A stretch of DNA of 64,000 nt from Acidobacteriaceae bacterium (lineage in GTDB: Bacteria; Acidobacteriota; Terriglobia; Terriglobales; Acidobacteriaceae): assembly GCA_028283625.1 (NCBI GenBank), contig JAPWKG010000010.1:96-64095 (forward strand), written 5' to 3'. The translations under genes and the position numbers were made by a program. Shown in pieces: positions 8,988-19,003 of this stretch; position 1 is the stretch's first letter; every line of letters begins with the position of its first letter. The notes beneath the pieces were generated by a model. That model was not told the DNA's origin and ran no database searches. It saw only the letters and a list, made by a program, of their open reading frames with translations.

Positions 8988-10078
8988 CAGTCGATCTCTC
9001 GCGTGACGTTTAGCAACACCCCCATGCATGCCAGGGTGATTGCCACACTGGTACCGCCGGAGGAGATGAACGGTAGAGGAATGCCCTTGGAAGGAACGAT
9101 GGAAAGCACCACGCTGATGTTGAAGAACGCCTGCACCAGAATCGCAATCGTCATACCGAAGGCGAGAAAGCGCGCAAACGGATCGGTGGATTTATAGGCT
9201 GTGCGCAGACCACGGAAGCCAAGAAAGCAGAAGGCCGCGATGAGCAGAAGACCGCCGATAAGTCCAAGCTCTTCGCAGATGACCGCGAAGATGTAGTCGG
9301 TGTGGGGCTCGGGAAGGAAAAAGAGTTTTTGTACACCCTCCATCAAACCCTTGCCATGGAAGCCGCCTGTACCGACAGCAATGAGCGACTGCAGGGTGTG
9401 ATAGCCAACGCCGCGCGGATCTTTCTCAGGATCGAGAAAGGCCATGATGCGCGCGCGCCGCCATGGCACGCGGAAGAGCATCCAGTACAGGAGCGGTGTC
9501 GCGGCTGCGAGCGCGATGCCGATCCACTTCATCTGCATACCGGCCAGAAATAACATACCGAGCAACACGATGGCGCAGACCATCGCAGTGCCCAGATCAG
9601 GCTCCTTGAGGATGAGCGCGATGAAGACCAGCGGGGGAAGAGCCGCAGGCAGAATTGTCTCTTTGATGTTGTCGATCTGATGGATGCGCGTTTGCAGGAA
9701 CCAGGCGAGAAAGAGCACGATGACCGGCTTGGCGATCTCGCTGGGCTGCAGGGTGAAGCCGCTGAAACGAATCCAGCGGTGCGCTCCGTTAATCTTGCCC
9801 ATACCGAAGACGGCGAGCAACAGCAGCGCGGTCGTCGCCATGAGCGGAAAGATGAGCTTCGGGTTGTTGTACTTGCGGTAGTCAACCTTCATCAGGATGA
9901 AGAGAGCGACCAGACCGAGTGCAACCCAGGCAGCCTGCTTGACGACAAACGCGTACGGGGAACCCTGTGTGGACTTTGCCACCACGGCCGAAGCAGAGAA
10001 GACCATCACCAGTCCAAACAGGACTAGTGTCAGCACCGTACCGAACATCCATTTATCGACGCCAACCCGCTTCGCCAT
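8987..10078 (-). CDS. ftsW: SEDS peptidoglycan polymerase FtsW
   Basis: RWI...QPSE, EPDLGT, LPEPHTDYI and PFISSGGTS motifs; dcw position. Confidence 0.95.
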   Translation of the reverse strand: MAKRVGVDKWMFGTVLTLVLFGLVMVFSASAVVAKSTQGSPYAFVVKQAAWVALGLVALFILMKVDYRKYNNPKLIFPLMATTALLLLAVFGMGKINGAHRWIRFSGFTLQPSEIAKPVIVLFLAWFLQTRIHQIDNIKETILPAALPPLVFIALILKEPDLGTAMVCAIVLLGMLFLAGMQMKWIGIALAAATPLLYWMLFRVPWRRARIMAFLDPEKDPRGVGYHTLQSLIAVGTGGFHGKGLMEGVQKLFFLPEPHTDYIFAVICEELGLIGGLLLIAAFCFLGFRGLRTAYKSTDPFARFLAFGMTIAILVQAFFNISVVLSIVPSKGIPLPFISSGGTSVAITLACMGVLLNVTREID

Positions 10079-10123
10079 CGCCGTACCACTCCCAGGAGCC
10101 CACTGCGGGCGACGTGCCTGCTG

Positions 10124-11473
10124 CTAAAGCGCGGTGACGAGCTCTTTGAAGACCCGGCCGCGATGCTCATAGCTATCAAACTGGTCGAAGCTGGCACACG
10201 CAGGCGCCAGCAGAACCGTGTCTCCGGGCACAGCGAGCTCCTTTGCCCGACGCACCGCACGCTCCATGGTCCCCGCACTCTCTATCTTCACGACACCCGC
10301 GAGCTGTCGCTCAATCTTTTCTGCGGCTGTACCAATGGTGATAACCGTCTTGACGCGCTCGCGCAGAAGCGGTGCCATCGTGGCATAGTTGGAGTCCTTA
10401 TCCTTGCCGCCGAGGATGAGATGAATGCTGCCAGTAAAGGCCTCAATCGCTTTGACCGTTGCATCGACGTTGGTGGCCTTGGAGTCGTTGTAATAACGCA
10501 CGCCGTCCAGCTCCCGTGTGAACTCCAACCGGTGCTCGACGGCTTTGAAGCGTGCAACGGCAGACCGAATCACCTCATTGGAAACACCGGCCAGCTTGGC
10601 CATGGCAACTGCGGCACAAACGTTCTCGACGTTGTGGGCACCAGCAAGCGTAATCTCACTGAGCGGAAGTACGGCTTCAAACGCACCGCCCTCTGCGCGA
10701 CGAAAAACGATTGCGTCCCGATCGACAAACGCGCCACGCTTTACCTGACGACGGCCACTGAACCAATAGATCTGCGCCTTCGTTTTGGCAGCAACCAGCT
10801 TGGTCGGCTCGTCCTCTGCGTTCAATACGAGAAAGTCTTCCGGAGTCTGGTTTTCTGTAATGCGTTTTTTGGCAGCGGCGTAGTTCTCGAAGCTGCCGTG
10901 GCGATCGAGATGGTCGGGAGTAATGTTCAACACGGCGGCGATGCGCGGACGGAAGGTTTCGATCGTCTCCAACTGGAAGCTCGAAACTTCGAGCACGGAC
11001 CAGGTCTCCGGAGTGGAGGAGTCCACCATGTCCGTGACCGGCTTGCCGATGTTGCCTCCCACAAGCGTGGGAAGACCGGAGGCTTTGAGGATCTCGCCAA
11101 CGAGCGTGGTTGTTGTGGTCTTGCCGTTAGACCCGGTGATCGCGATGATCTGGCCCTGAAGGAACTCGGCTCCCAACTCCAGCTCACCGATGATGTGCAT
11201 GCCGAGCGCACGCACCTGCTTCAGCTCTGGTACGTCCATCGGGATACCGGGAGAGACGATGATGTGATCCTGGCGGCGGAAGGTCAGCAGACCGTGGTGG
11301 CCGGTCTCGACCATGATGCCTTCATCGAGCAGCCTGGTCAGCTCCGGAATTCTGGAGGCGGGTCGCGCGTCCGAGACCGTGACGCGCGCCTCACGCGCTT
11401 TCAAAAAACGAGCTGCCGCGAGGCCACTCTTGCCGATGCCTGCAACCAGAATCCGTTTGCCGCGAATATCCAT
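10124..11473 (-). CDS. murD: UDP-MurNAc-L-Ala--D-glutamate ligase
   Basis: GSNGKTTT, EVSSFQL, DHLDRH, NDSKATN and PACASFD motifs. Confidence 0.95.
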   Translation of the reverse strand: MDIRGKRILVAGIGKSGLAAARFLKAREARVTVSDARPASRIPELTRLLDEGIMVETGHHGLLTFRRQDHIIVSPGIPMDVPELKQVRALGMHIIGELELGAEFLQGQIIAITGSNGKTTTTTLVGEILKASGLPTLVGGNIGKPVTDMVDSSTPETWSVLEVSSFQLETIETFRPRIAAVLNITPDHLDRHGSFENYAAAKKRITENQTPEDFLVLNAEDEPTKLVAAKTKAQIYWFSGRRQVKRGAFVDRDAIVFRRAEGGAFEAVLPLSEITLAGAHNVENVCAAVAMAKLAGVSNEVIRSAVARFKAVEHRLEFTRELDGVRYYNDSKATNVDATVKAIEAFTGSIHLILGGKDKDSNYATMAPLLRERVKTVITIGTAAEKIERQLAGVVKIESAGTMERAVRRAKELAVPGDTVLLAPACASFDQFDSYEHRGRVFKELVTAL

Positions 11474-11500
11474 ACGTCCCTTTGTACCGTAGAGCTGTTT

Positions 11501-12634
11501 TTAACGCAGCTTGAGCGTGGTGAGCGCGAAGAGCGCAAAGACCAGCGCCATGATCCAGAAGCGCGCAATCACCTTGGACTCGCTCCAGCCCATCAGCTCG
11601 AAGTGGTGGTGAATCGGTGCCATTTTGAAGATGCGCTTACCGTTGCGCAGCTTATAGCTGCCAACCTGCAGCATCACGCTGAGGGCTTCCATGAGAAAAA
11701 CGCCACCGAGGAATGGCAGGAGAAGCTCCTGCTTGATCACCACGGCGACCGTCGCAATCGCCCCACCGAGCATGAGAGAACCGACATCTCCCATGAAGAT
11801 CTCAGCCGGGTGCGCGTTGTACCAAAGAAAGCCGATGGAGGCACCGACCATCGCTCCGCAGAAGATGGTCAGCTCGCTGACCGCGGGCATTCGCTGCAGC
11901 TCAAGATAATCAGAAAAGACAGCGTGACCGCTGACGTAGGTGAGAACGGTGAGCCCACCGGCGGCGATGATGGTGCAGCCGATCGCGAGACCATCCAGAC
12001 CATCGGTCAAGTTGACGGCGTTCGAAGAACCGGTGATGACAAACATGACAAACAGCACGAACGGCAGAAATGCTAACGGCCAGAAGTGCGTCGACAACAG
12101 ACTGTCAATGATCAGGTTCGGGCGCAGACTCTTGGCAAACGGCACCATCAGGCGCGTGGAGTAGCTGCCCTGCCACTTGAGCACGACCAGCGCTATGGCT
12201 ACCGCACCGCTGGCAATGAACTGGCAGATGAGCTTCTGTCGTGAGGTAAGACCAAGGTTTCTCTTATGCACGACCTTGATGTAGTCGTCGGCAAAGCCGA
12301 TCGCCGCGAACGCAAGCGTAGAAAAGGAAACTAACCAGACGAAGGGGTTAGAGAGATCGCTCCAAAGCAGTGTCGGCACCAGAATGGCGATGCAGATCAA
12401 CACACCACCCATGGTGGGTGTGCCGCCTTTCTTCTGGTGGCTTTGCGGACCTTCTTCACGAATGTACTGGCCAATCTGAAACTGGCGCAGACGATCGATC
12501 ACGTAAGGGCCGATGAGCAGAGCGATCAGCAGCGCTGTCAGACTCGCGAAGACACAGCGGAAGGTGACGTACCGGAAGATACGAAAGAGACGGAAGTATG
12601 GAAAAAGCTTTTGGTAAAGCAGCCAAAAGAGCAA
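11501..12634 (-). CDS. mraY: Phospho-MurNAc-pentapeptide transferase
   Basis: TPTMGG, NAVNLTDGLDGL, FMGDVGS and MAPIHHHFE motifs; TTG start with GGAGG RBS. Confidence 0.95.
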   Translation of the reverse strand: MLFWLLYQKLFPYFRLFRIFRYVTFRCVFASLTALLIALLIGPYVIDRLRQFQIGQYIREEGPQSHQKKGGTPTMGGVLICIAILVPTLLWSDLSNPFVWLVSFSTLAFAAIGFADDYIKVVHKRNLGLTSRQKLICQFIASGAVAIALVVLKWQGSYSTRLMVPFAKSLRPNLIIDSLLSTHFWPLAFLPFVLFVMFVITGSSNAVNLTDGLDGLAIGCTIIAAGGLTVLTYVSGHAVFSDYLELQRMPAVSELTIFCGAMVGASIGFLWYNAHPAEIFMGDVGSLMLGGAIATVAVVIKQELLLPFLGGVFLMEALSVMLQVGSYKLRNGKRIFKMAPIHHHFELMGWSESKVIARFWIMALVFALFALTTLKLR

Positions 12635-12727
12635 CGCGCGCAAGACCTCCGAGAAAGAATACGCCTGAGCCATACTCCAGCCCATGACGATTGGCGCAGG
12701 GAATCATCCTCCGCAACGCCACCAAAC

Positions 12728-14125
12728 TTAGCTGAGTGCTTCGAGTGCGCGTTCCAGCCGGACGCCGCGTGAAGCCTTCAGTAAAACAACATCGCCGACG
12801 CGCAGGTTTTCACGCATCCACGCTCCCGCCTGTTCAGGCGTTTCGACAAAGTAAGCCTGCGCGCCGAAAGCCTGCGCCTCTTCTACCAGCGCCTGCGCCA
12901 GACCATGAACACCAAGCACAAGGTTGATCCCCGCGGCCGCAGCCGCTTTACCGCAGCGACGATGCAGCGCTTCTCCCTCTGGGCCCAGCTCACGCATCTC
13001 ACCTACAACCAGAACGCGCCGCTCGGCGCCTGTGCCAGCCAAAGCCACGATCATCGCCTCCAGCGCCGAAGGGTTGGAGTTGTAGGTATCGTTCACGAGC
13101 GTGGCGCCGTGCCACTCCAGCGTATTGCCGCGCTTTTCCGTGGGACGCAACCGCTCCAGCGCGGCGACAGCGTCACCGAGCGCTACGCCTGCCGCACGCC
13201 CGACCGCAAACGCCGCAAGCGCGTTGAGTACGTTATGCCGACCGGGAAGATGCAGGTGCACGGGCAGGCGTGCGGCCTCTCCCCCCACGGGGTTTGCGCT
13301 GACACAAACGAACGCCGTGCCCAGGAGACCACGCTCGGCAAGCTCCTCGGCACGGACCTCTGCCTCGGCGTTGGTGCCGTAGAGTACCGTCGTGATCGGA
13401 AGCCCTTCTCCGAAGAGACGCACGCGGGCGTCATCCGCATTGAGAAACGCGACTCCTTCAGGCGGAAGAGCGCCGATCAGTTCTCGCTTGGCTCGCGCCA
13501 CTCCGGCGATGCCATCGGCAAAGAACTCGGTGTGCGCCATACCAACGTTCGAGACGACACCCCATTGCGGCTCAGCGATTCTGGCCAGCGCGGCAATCTC
13601 CCCTTCGTGGTTCATCCCCATCTCCACGACCGCAATCTCATGCTCCGGCTCAAGACGAAGCAGGGTCAACGGGACACCGAGGTGGTTGTTGTAGTTACCT
13701 TCCGTCTTCAGTACCTTGTATTTCGCGCTGAGCACGGCTGCGATACATTCTTTCGTCGTCGTCTTGCCGGCCGAACCGGTGACGGCGACGATGCGCTTGC
13801 CCCAATGCCGGCGCACGGCCAGGGACAGCCGTTGCATGGCATGCAGGACGCAGTCTTCGTCCTCATCAGGAACGCGCAACAAAAGCGCCTCGTCAAAGTT
13901 CGGCGGGCAAAGCCAGCGCTGGCTGACCACGGCCGCAACCGCTCCGTTCGCTACTGCTGTCTCCACGTAATCGTGGCCGTCGGTATGCTCACCGCGCACC
14001 GCGAAGAAGAGCTCTCCGGCAGCGATGGTGCGCGTATCGATGGAGTAACCGAAGGCTTCCCTGCCGGTATCAAACTCGCCCTCGGCGTGAATCCAGTCCG
14101 CAATCTGTCCCAACGTAAGCTTCAC
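12728..14125 (-). CDS. murF: UDP-MurNAc-tripeptide--D-Ala-D-Ala ligase
   Basis: GSAGKTTTKE, NNHLGVPLT, EMGMNH, DTYNSNP and KASRG motifs. Confidence 0.95.
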   Translation of the reverse strand: MKLTLGQIADWIHAEGEFDTGREAFGYSIDTRTIAAGELFFAVRGEHTDGHDYVETAVANGAVAAVVSQRWLCPPNFDEALLLRVPDEDEDCVLHAMQRLSLAVRRHWGKRIVAVTGSAGKTTTKECIAAVLSAKYKVLKTEGNYNNHLGVPLTLLRLEPEHEIAVVEMGMNHEGEIAALARIAEPQWGVVSNVGMAHTEFFADGIAGVARAKRELIGALPPEGVAFLNADDARVRLFGEGLPITTVLYGTNAEAEVRAEELAERGLLGTAFVCVSANPVGGEAARLPVHLHLPGRHNVLNALAAFAVGRAAGVALGDAVAALERLRPTEKRGNTLEWHGATLVNDTYNSNPSALEAMIVALAGTGAERRVLVVGEMRELGPEGEALHRRCGKAAAAAGINLVLGVHGLAQALVEEAQAFGAQAYFVETPEQAGAWMRENLRVGDVVLLKASRGVRLERALEALS

Positions 14126-15636
14126 TTTTGCAACTCCTTCAGAACGCTTGCGGCCACGGCTACATCATCGAAGACGACGGTGCGGTCAGCGAAGGTCTGT
14201 GTCTTCTCATGGCCTTTGCCTGCGAGCAGAACAATGTCACCAGGCCTGGCGGCACGCAACGCGATCTCAATCGCCGCATGACGGTCGGGCTCAAGGACAA
14301 ACGAGCCGGCAAAACCACCCTGTGCTTCGCGGACTCCGGTCATGATTTCATCGATGATCGCCATTGGATCTTCCGAACGCGGATTGTCGCTGGTAATCAC
14401 AAGGAAATCGCTCTCTGCCGCGGCAACACGGCCCATCTTAGGGCGCTTGGTACGATCCCGGTCTCCGCCGCAACCGAAGAGCGTTAAGACGCGTCCACCG
14501 CGCGGCGCAACGAGGTCACGAGCCAGCATGATGAGGTTCTGCAGCGCGTCGTCCGTGTGCGCGTAATCGACAACCACCGTAAAGCCAAGAGCCTCACAGC
14601 CGGGAACAAGCTCGAAACGGCCCGGTGCGGGCTGAAGCTGCTGTACGGCGCGCTGCACCTGCTCCAGCGTAAGACCGCGGGCCAGAGCAGCACACAGCGC
14701 CGCGAGAAGATTCTCAACATTCACCTTACCGGTGAGCGGTGAGGCCATCGCAATCCGAGCCTCCGGCGTAACGAAAGTGAACTGAGTACGCCCTGCCGCG
14801 AGCTGGAGGTCCTCCGCACGGTAGTTTGCGTCTGCACCGATGCCGTAACGCATGATGGGCTGCTGCCCGGCGTAGGCCGCGGCCATGCGACCGGCATAGG
14901 CCGAGTCCTGATTGACGACCGCGATGCGTGGAGCCCCACCGCCCACTCCGCGAAAGAGCTTGGCCTTGGCCTCGGCGTATGCGTCCATGGTGCCGTGATA
15001 GTCCAGATGGTCCTGCGTGAGGTTGGTAAAAAGCGCCACGTCGACTGGAAGAGCCCAGACGCGTTCCTGCTCAAGCGCGTGCGAGCTCATCTCCATCACA
15101 ACTTCCGTACAACCGGCTCGCACTCCTTCTGCCAGCAATGCGTACAGGTCGCGAGCCTCAGGCGTGGTATGCGCGCTTTCCAGCACGCGGCCGGCGATGC
15201 GAGTCTCCACAGTGCCCAGCAATACACACTTGCGCCCAACGCTTTCCAACAGCTGGGTGAGCAGAAAAGCGGTCGTCGTTTTCCCGTTTGTGCCCGTCAC
15301 CGCACTGATACACAACGATCGCTCAGGGTGCTGAAAGAGCGCCGCGCTGAGTTCCGCCAGAGCACGGCGACCATGCTCCACGAGCGCAATGGGCAGCCGC
15401 TCTTTGTGCTCCGCAAAAAGTTCGGCCGAGTCCGTGACAAGCGCAGAGGCACCGAGCTCCAGCGCTTTGCCCACAAAACGATTGCCATCGGTGGTGCCAC
15501 CGCGCATGGCGACGAAGACATCCCCGGGCTGTACGCGACGAGAGTCATACTGCACGCCGGAGATGGTGGCATCGCCTGCAGAGAGTTCCAGCGTGTGAAG
15601 TTGCGAAACAAGATCGATCCAACGCATCGTTTTCAT
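14122..15636 (-). CDS. murE: UDP-MurNAc-dipeptide--mDAP ligase
   Basis: GTNGKTT, DHLDYH, DYAHT, DNPR (DAP-specific) and GKGHE motifs. Confidence 0.95.
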   Translation of the reverse strand: MKTMRWIDLVSQLHTLELSAGDATISGVQYDSRRVQPGDVFVAMRGGTTDGNRFVGKALELGASALVTDSAELFAEHKERLPIALVEHGRRALAELSAALFQHPERSLCISAVTGTNGKTTTAFLLTQLLESVGRKCVLLGTVETRIAGRVLESAHTTPEARDLYALLAEGVRAGCTEVVMEMSSHALEQERVWALPVDVALFTNLTQDHLDYHGTMDAYAEAKAKLFRGVGGGAPRIAVVNQDSAYAGRMAAAYAGQQPIMRYGIGADANYRAEDLQLAAGRTQFTFVTPEARIAMASPLTGKVNVENLLAALCAALARGLTLEQVQRAVQQLQPAPGRFELVPGCEALGFTVVVDYAHTDDALQNLIMLARDLVAPRGGRVLTLFGCGGDRDRTKRPKMGRVAAAESDFLVITSDNPRSEDPMAIIDEIMTGVREAQGGFAGSFVLEPDRHAAIEIALRAARPGDIVLLAGKGHEKTQTFADRTVVFDDVAVAASVLKELQK

Positions 15637-15637
15637 C

Positions 15638-16000
15638 CTATCGCTGCAGCAGCATGCGCAGAGCTACGGTAATCAGCATGACAGCAAAGCATTTGCGCAC
15701 GATGTCTACGGGGAGGTGCTGCGCCCACTGCGCGCCGAAGTATCCTCCCACCGCGATACCGCAGGAGAGCACAAGCCCCAGCTTCCAGTTCACGTTGCCA
15801 GAGCGCCAGTATGGCAACAGAGGACCGATCCACACGGGCAGCAGCGCAATCAGCAGAGCCGTCCCCTGCGCTCGTAGCTGCTTTTCTCCAAAGACGAAAA
15901 CCAATGTGGGAATGAGAAACGCGCCGCTGGTACCGCCGAGCCCGACACAGATCCCCACGACCATACCCACAGGGATCGCAAGCCAGAGCGCGCTGTTCAT
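15638..16000 (-). CDS. Half-size TauE/SafE (TSUP) family membrane protein
   Basis: GxxGxGG-like 'VGLGGTSGAFLIP', 'AQGTAL' and 'GGYFGA'; about 4 TM segments; coupled to ftsI. Confidence 0.75.
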   Translation of the reverse strand: MNSALWLAIPVGMVVGICVGLGGTSGAFLIPTLVFVFGEKQLRAQGTALLIALLPVWIGPLLPYWRSGNVNWKLGLVLSCGIAVGGYFGAQWAQHLPVDIVRKCFAVMLITVALRMLLQR

Positions 16001-18348
16001 CGCGCGAACCGCACGACAATCTCCGTGCCAGGTGGCACCATTGTTCCTGCAGCCGGAGCCTGATCCTGCGCCAGGCCGCTGCCAAGCATCTGGACACGCA
16101 AGCCGAGATCTGAAGCCCGCTCCACCACCTGCCGCAGAGCAACACCGTGGAAGTCCGGCACGGCGACACGCTTGCCGGCATCGACCACGACTGCTCCCTG
16201 CGACCGCACCTGTACGGTAGGCTGCACCGCCGGTGCGTGCACCTCGGACGAAGTGATGGAAGAGCCGGGCATGACCGAAGTCGTGTTGCCGTTAGCATGA
16301 AACGCTGCCAGGACCTTGTCCGGCAGGCCCATAATGCCCTTCGGCTTATCGGAGTCGCGAGAAGCGCGTTGTGCGGCCTCTGCGGCAGCGGCATCCGCAA
16401 CCTGATTGGCAGCCATCGCGGCAGCGTTCTGCGGCTGGCGAAGTGGATCGTCTGCGGGCAGGTTGTTCACTTCGTCGTACATGGCCTGCAGATCGTTGTT
16501 CGGCTCGACGTCGCTGGGACCATCTTCCTGAGGCTTGACCGAGGCGAGCTCCTGCTTGAACTGCGTCTTGGACTTCAACGGCTGGTCATGCGGAACGCCA
16601 AGATACTCAAGCACCTCCTGCGCCACTTCGCTGAAGACTGGAGCGGAAACCGTACCGCCGTAACCGCTGCCGACGCTGGGCTGATCGATCACAACCGCAA
16701 CCGAAATCGCCGGAGAGCTTACAGGAGCAAAGCCTGCAAAGCTTGCCACCAACTTCGTGTGCGAGTAGGTGTGTGTGGCCGGATCAATCTTTTCCGCAGT
16801 GCCCGTCTTACCTGCCGAGCTGTAGCCGTTCAAAGCGGCAAGCTTGCCGGTACCTTCGGTGACGATGCCCTGCATCATCGAACGCATCTTCGCGCTCGTC
16901 AGCTCGCTGACAACGCGGTGGCTGCCGTCCGGAAGATCCTTCGGTAACTGCATGGAGGGATGAAAGGCATCCGGAACGAGGCGCGGATCTCCCTTCATCT
17001 CATCTGTCGACTGCAGAAGGATGTGCGGAGGAAGATAGACTCCGCCGTTGGCAATGGCCGAGACCATGGACACCAGCTGCACCGGCGTGACACCAACCTC
17101 CTGCCCGATAGCGATCGACATAAAGCTTGTTGCGCTCCACTTCCGCGGCGGACGCAGCAGACCTCGTGTTTCGCTCGGCAGCTCAATGCCGCTGCGGTCG
17201 CCGAAGCCGAAGCCCTTGATGTACTTGTAGAACTTGTCGTTGCCGAGCTTCATCGCCATTTTGGCGGCGCCGACGTCGCTGGAGTGCTCGAGAGCCTGCT
17301 GCACAGTCACCACGCCGAAGTGGTCGTCCTTATCGTCGTGCAGCGTGCGGCCGTACATCGTCCAGGCACCGCCCTGGCAGTCAACCATATCGGTTGGCTG
17401 TACGCCTGCACCATCAATGGCAGCAGCATAGGTGACGAGCTTGAAGGTAGAGCCGGGCTCGTAGACGTCACTCACAGCGAGATTATTCAACTGGTCCGCG
17501 CTCAGATGGCGCGAGTCATTCGGATTGAAGCGCGGGCTCACCGCGAGCGCCAGGATCTGGCCGGTATGCGGATCCTGCACGACGATGGTGCCATGCAGCG
17601 CCTTGACCTTTTCCACCTGCTCATCGAGAGCGCGCTCGGCCATGTACTGGATGTTGGAGTCGATGCTCAGCACCAGGTTCTCACCAGGCATGGGCTCGCT
17701 CTCCACCGATCCCATGACGTGGCGCTTGGCGTCTACCGCCGTCAGCATATGACCCGGCGTGCCGTGCAGCTCGTCGTCAAACTCACGTTCCAGGCCGCCC
17801 AGACCGTTGTCGTCGGTACCGACGTAGCCGAGTACATGTGCAGCAAGATCAGAGTTCGGATAGAAGCGCTTGAACTCCTTCTGGAAGTAAACGCCCTTCA
17901 GGTTCAGCTCGCGGACGCGCTCTACGGTGTCAGGATCCAGCTTGCGTGCGACCCAGGCGAAGTTGCGCGAGGCGTTGAAGCGTGCCAGCATCTGCTGCTC
18001 GGTGGTGAAGTGATCAAGCGGATCGGTGTGAACGATCTTAGCCAGAAGCTCCGCAGCGTTGGCGCGATTGTCCCCCAGCTCCTTGGGCACGGCGTAGATC
18101 GAATCGGTCAACACCGTCATCGCAAGCTCGCGAAGGTTACGGTCGTAGAGCACGCCGCGGCGTGGTGCAACCTCGAAGGTGCGCTCCTGCTGCTGCGCAG
18201 CGCGTTCAATGTAGTGCTCGTGACGAACGATCTGCAGCCAGGCGAGGCGACCTACGATGATCAGAGCCCAAAAGCAGAAGAACATCGCGACCCAGACAAA
18301 CCGCACACGACGAATCGGGGCGGTGAGTGTCTGGCGCGATGTTTTCAT
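15997..18348 (-). CDS. ftsI: Divisome transpeptidase PBP3 with C-terminal PASTA domain
   Basis: RGVLYDRN, EPGSTFK, SSD and KTGTA motifs; VPDFHG PASTA domain. Confidence 0.93.
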   Translation of the reverse strand: MKTSRQTLTAPIRRVRFVWVAMFFCFWALIIVGRLAWLQIVRHEHYIERAAQQQERTFEVAPRRGVLYDRNLRELAMTVLTDSIYAVPKELGDNRANAAELLAKIVHTDPLDHFTTEQQMLARFNASRNFAWVARKLDPDTVERVRELNLKGVYFQKEFKRFYPNSDLAAHVLGYVGTDDNGLGGLEREFDDELHGTPGHMLTAVDAKRHVMGSVESEPMPGENLVLSIDSNIQYMAERALDEQVEKVKALHGTIVVQDPHTGQILALAVSPRFNPNDSRHLSADQLNNLAVSDVYEPGSTFKLVTYAAAIDGAGVQPTDMVDCQGGAWTMYGRTLHDDKDDHFGVVTVQQALEHSSDVGAAKMAMKLGNDKFYKYIKGFGFGDRSGIELPSETRGLLRPPRKWSATSFMSIAIGQEVGVTPVQLVSMVSAIANGGVYLPPHILLQSTDEMKGDPRLVPDAFHPSMQLPKDLPDGSHRVVSELTSAKMRSMMQGIVTEGTGKLAALNGYSSAGKTGTAEKIDPATHTYSHTKLVASFAGFAPVSSPAISVAVVIDQPSVGSGYGGTVSAPVFSEVAQEVLEYLGVPHDQPLKSKTQFKQELASVKPQEDGPSDVEPNNDLQAMYDEVNNLPADDPLRQPQNAAAMAANQVADAAAAEAAQRASRDSDKPKGIMGLPDKVLAAFHANGNTTSVMPGSSITSSEVHAPAVQPTVQVRSQGAVVVDAGKRVAVPDFHGVALRQVVERASDLGLRVQMLGSGLAQDQAPAAGTMVPPGTEIVVRFAR

Positions 18349-18405
18349 GAGGACCCTGCTGTTGTAAGTTTGTCTGCTGCGTGAATCCCTGCTGTAGCGA
18401 CAGCG

Positions 18406-18927
18406 TTAGTTGGTGAACGGCGACATCGGTGCACCCTTGGCCTGCGCCAGCACGGTGCCGTCTCCACCATCGGGACGGACCACCTGCCCCGGCAGCGGCT
18501 CATCGAGCCCAAGTTGCTTGGCAATGCGATCGATGCGGCCAGGGTCGCTCAGCTGCGCTTCGCTCAGGCGCAGCTGGCGATTGGTCTCGCGCATCTGCTC
18601 CACCTGCTGCTTCTGAGCCTCAACACGGTAGCCCACTTCAATGGCCGAGAAGTGCTGATAGACGTAAACCATCGTGAGCACAAAGAAGACCATCGTTGCG
18701 ATGGTGAACTGGCGCATCTCGCGGCGACGTTCCGGATCGTCGGCCTTCACCAGGCGGCTGTTATCAATGTGTTTGGAGAAGAACATCTCCGGTGTAGGAC
18801 CGCGGCGACGCGCACGCTGCGCCTCAAAGAGCTCCTGATTGCGATCAGCAGCGCTCATCGCGCGCCCTGCGCTCTTGCGCGAGTGCATCCGCTCCATTCC
18901 TTCGCCCGACATTGCCATTGTTGCCAT
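18406..18927 (-). CDS. ftsL: Cell division protein FtsL
   Basis: Single TM followed by coiled coil ending 'LSDPGRIDRIAKQLGL'; lies between rsmH and ftsI. Confidence 0.85.
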   Translation of the reverse strand: MATMAMSGEGMERMHSRKSAGRAMSAADRNQELFEAQRARRRGPTPEMFFSKHIDNSRLVKADDPERRREMRQFTIATMVFFVLTMVYVYQHFSAIEVGYRVEAQKQQVEQMRETNRQLRLSEAQLSDPGRIDRIAKQLGLDEPLPGQVVRPDGGDGTVLAQAKGAPMSPFTN

Positions 18928-19003
18928 CGCACCCGCCTCCAAAGCTGCAGTTCATTGCATGACCTGTCTGCTTCGAGCCCAACTTCTTGCTGCTTGTATG
19001 CTG

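Noticed and set aside
10163-18384. Antisense ORFs of 450-640 aa over the mur and ftsI genes
   Set aside because: Shadow ORFs opposite well-supported genes.
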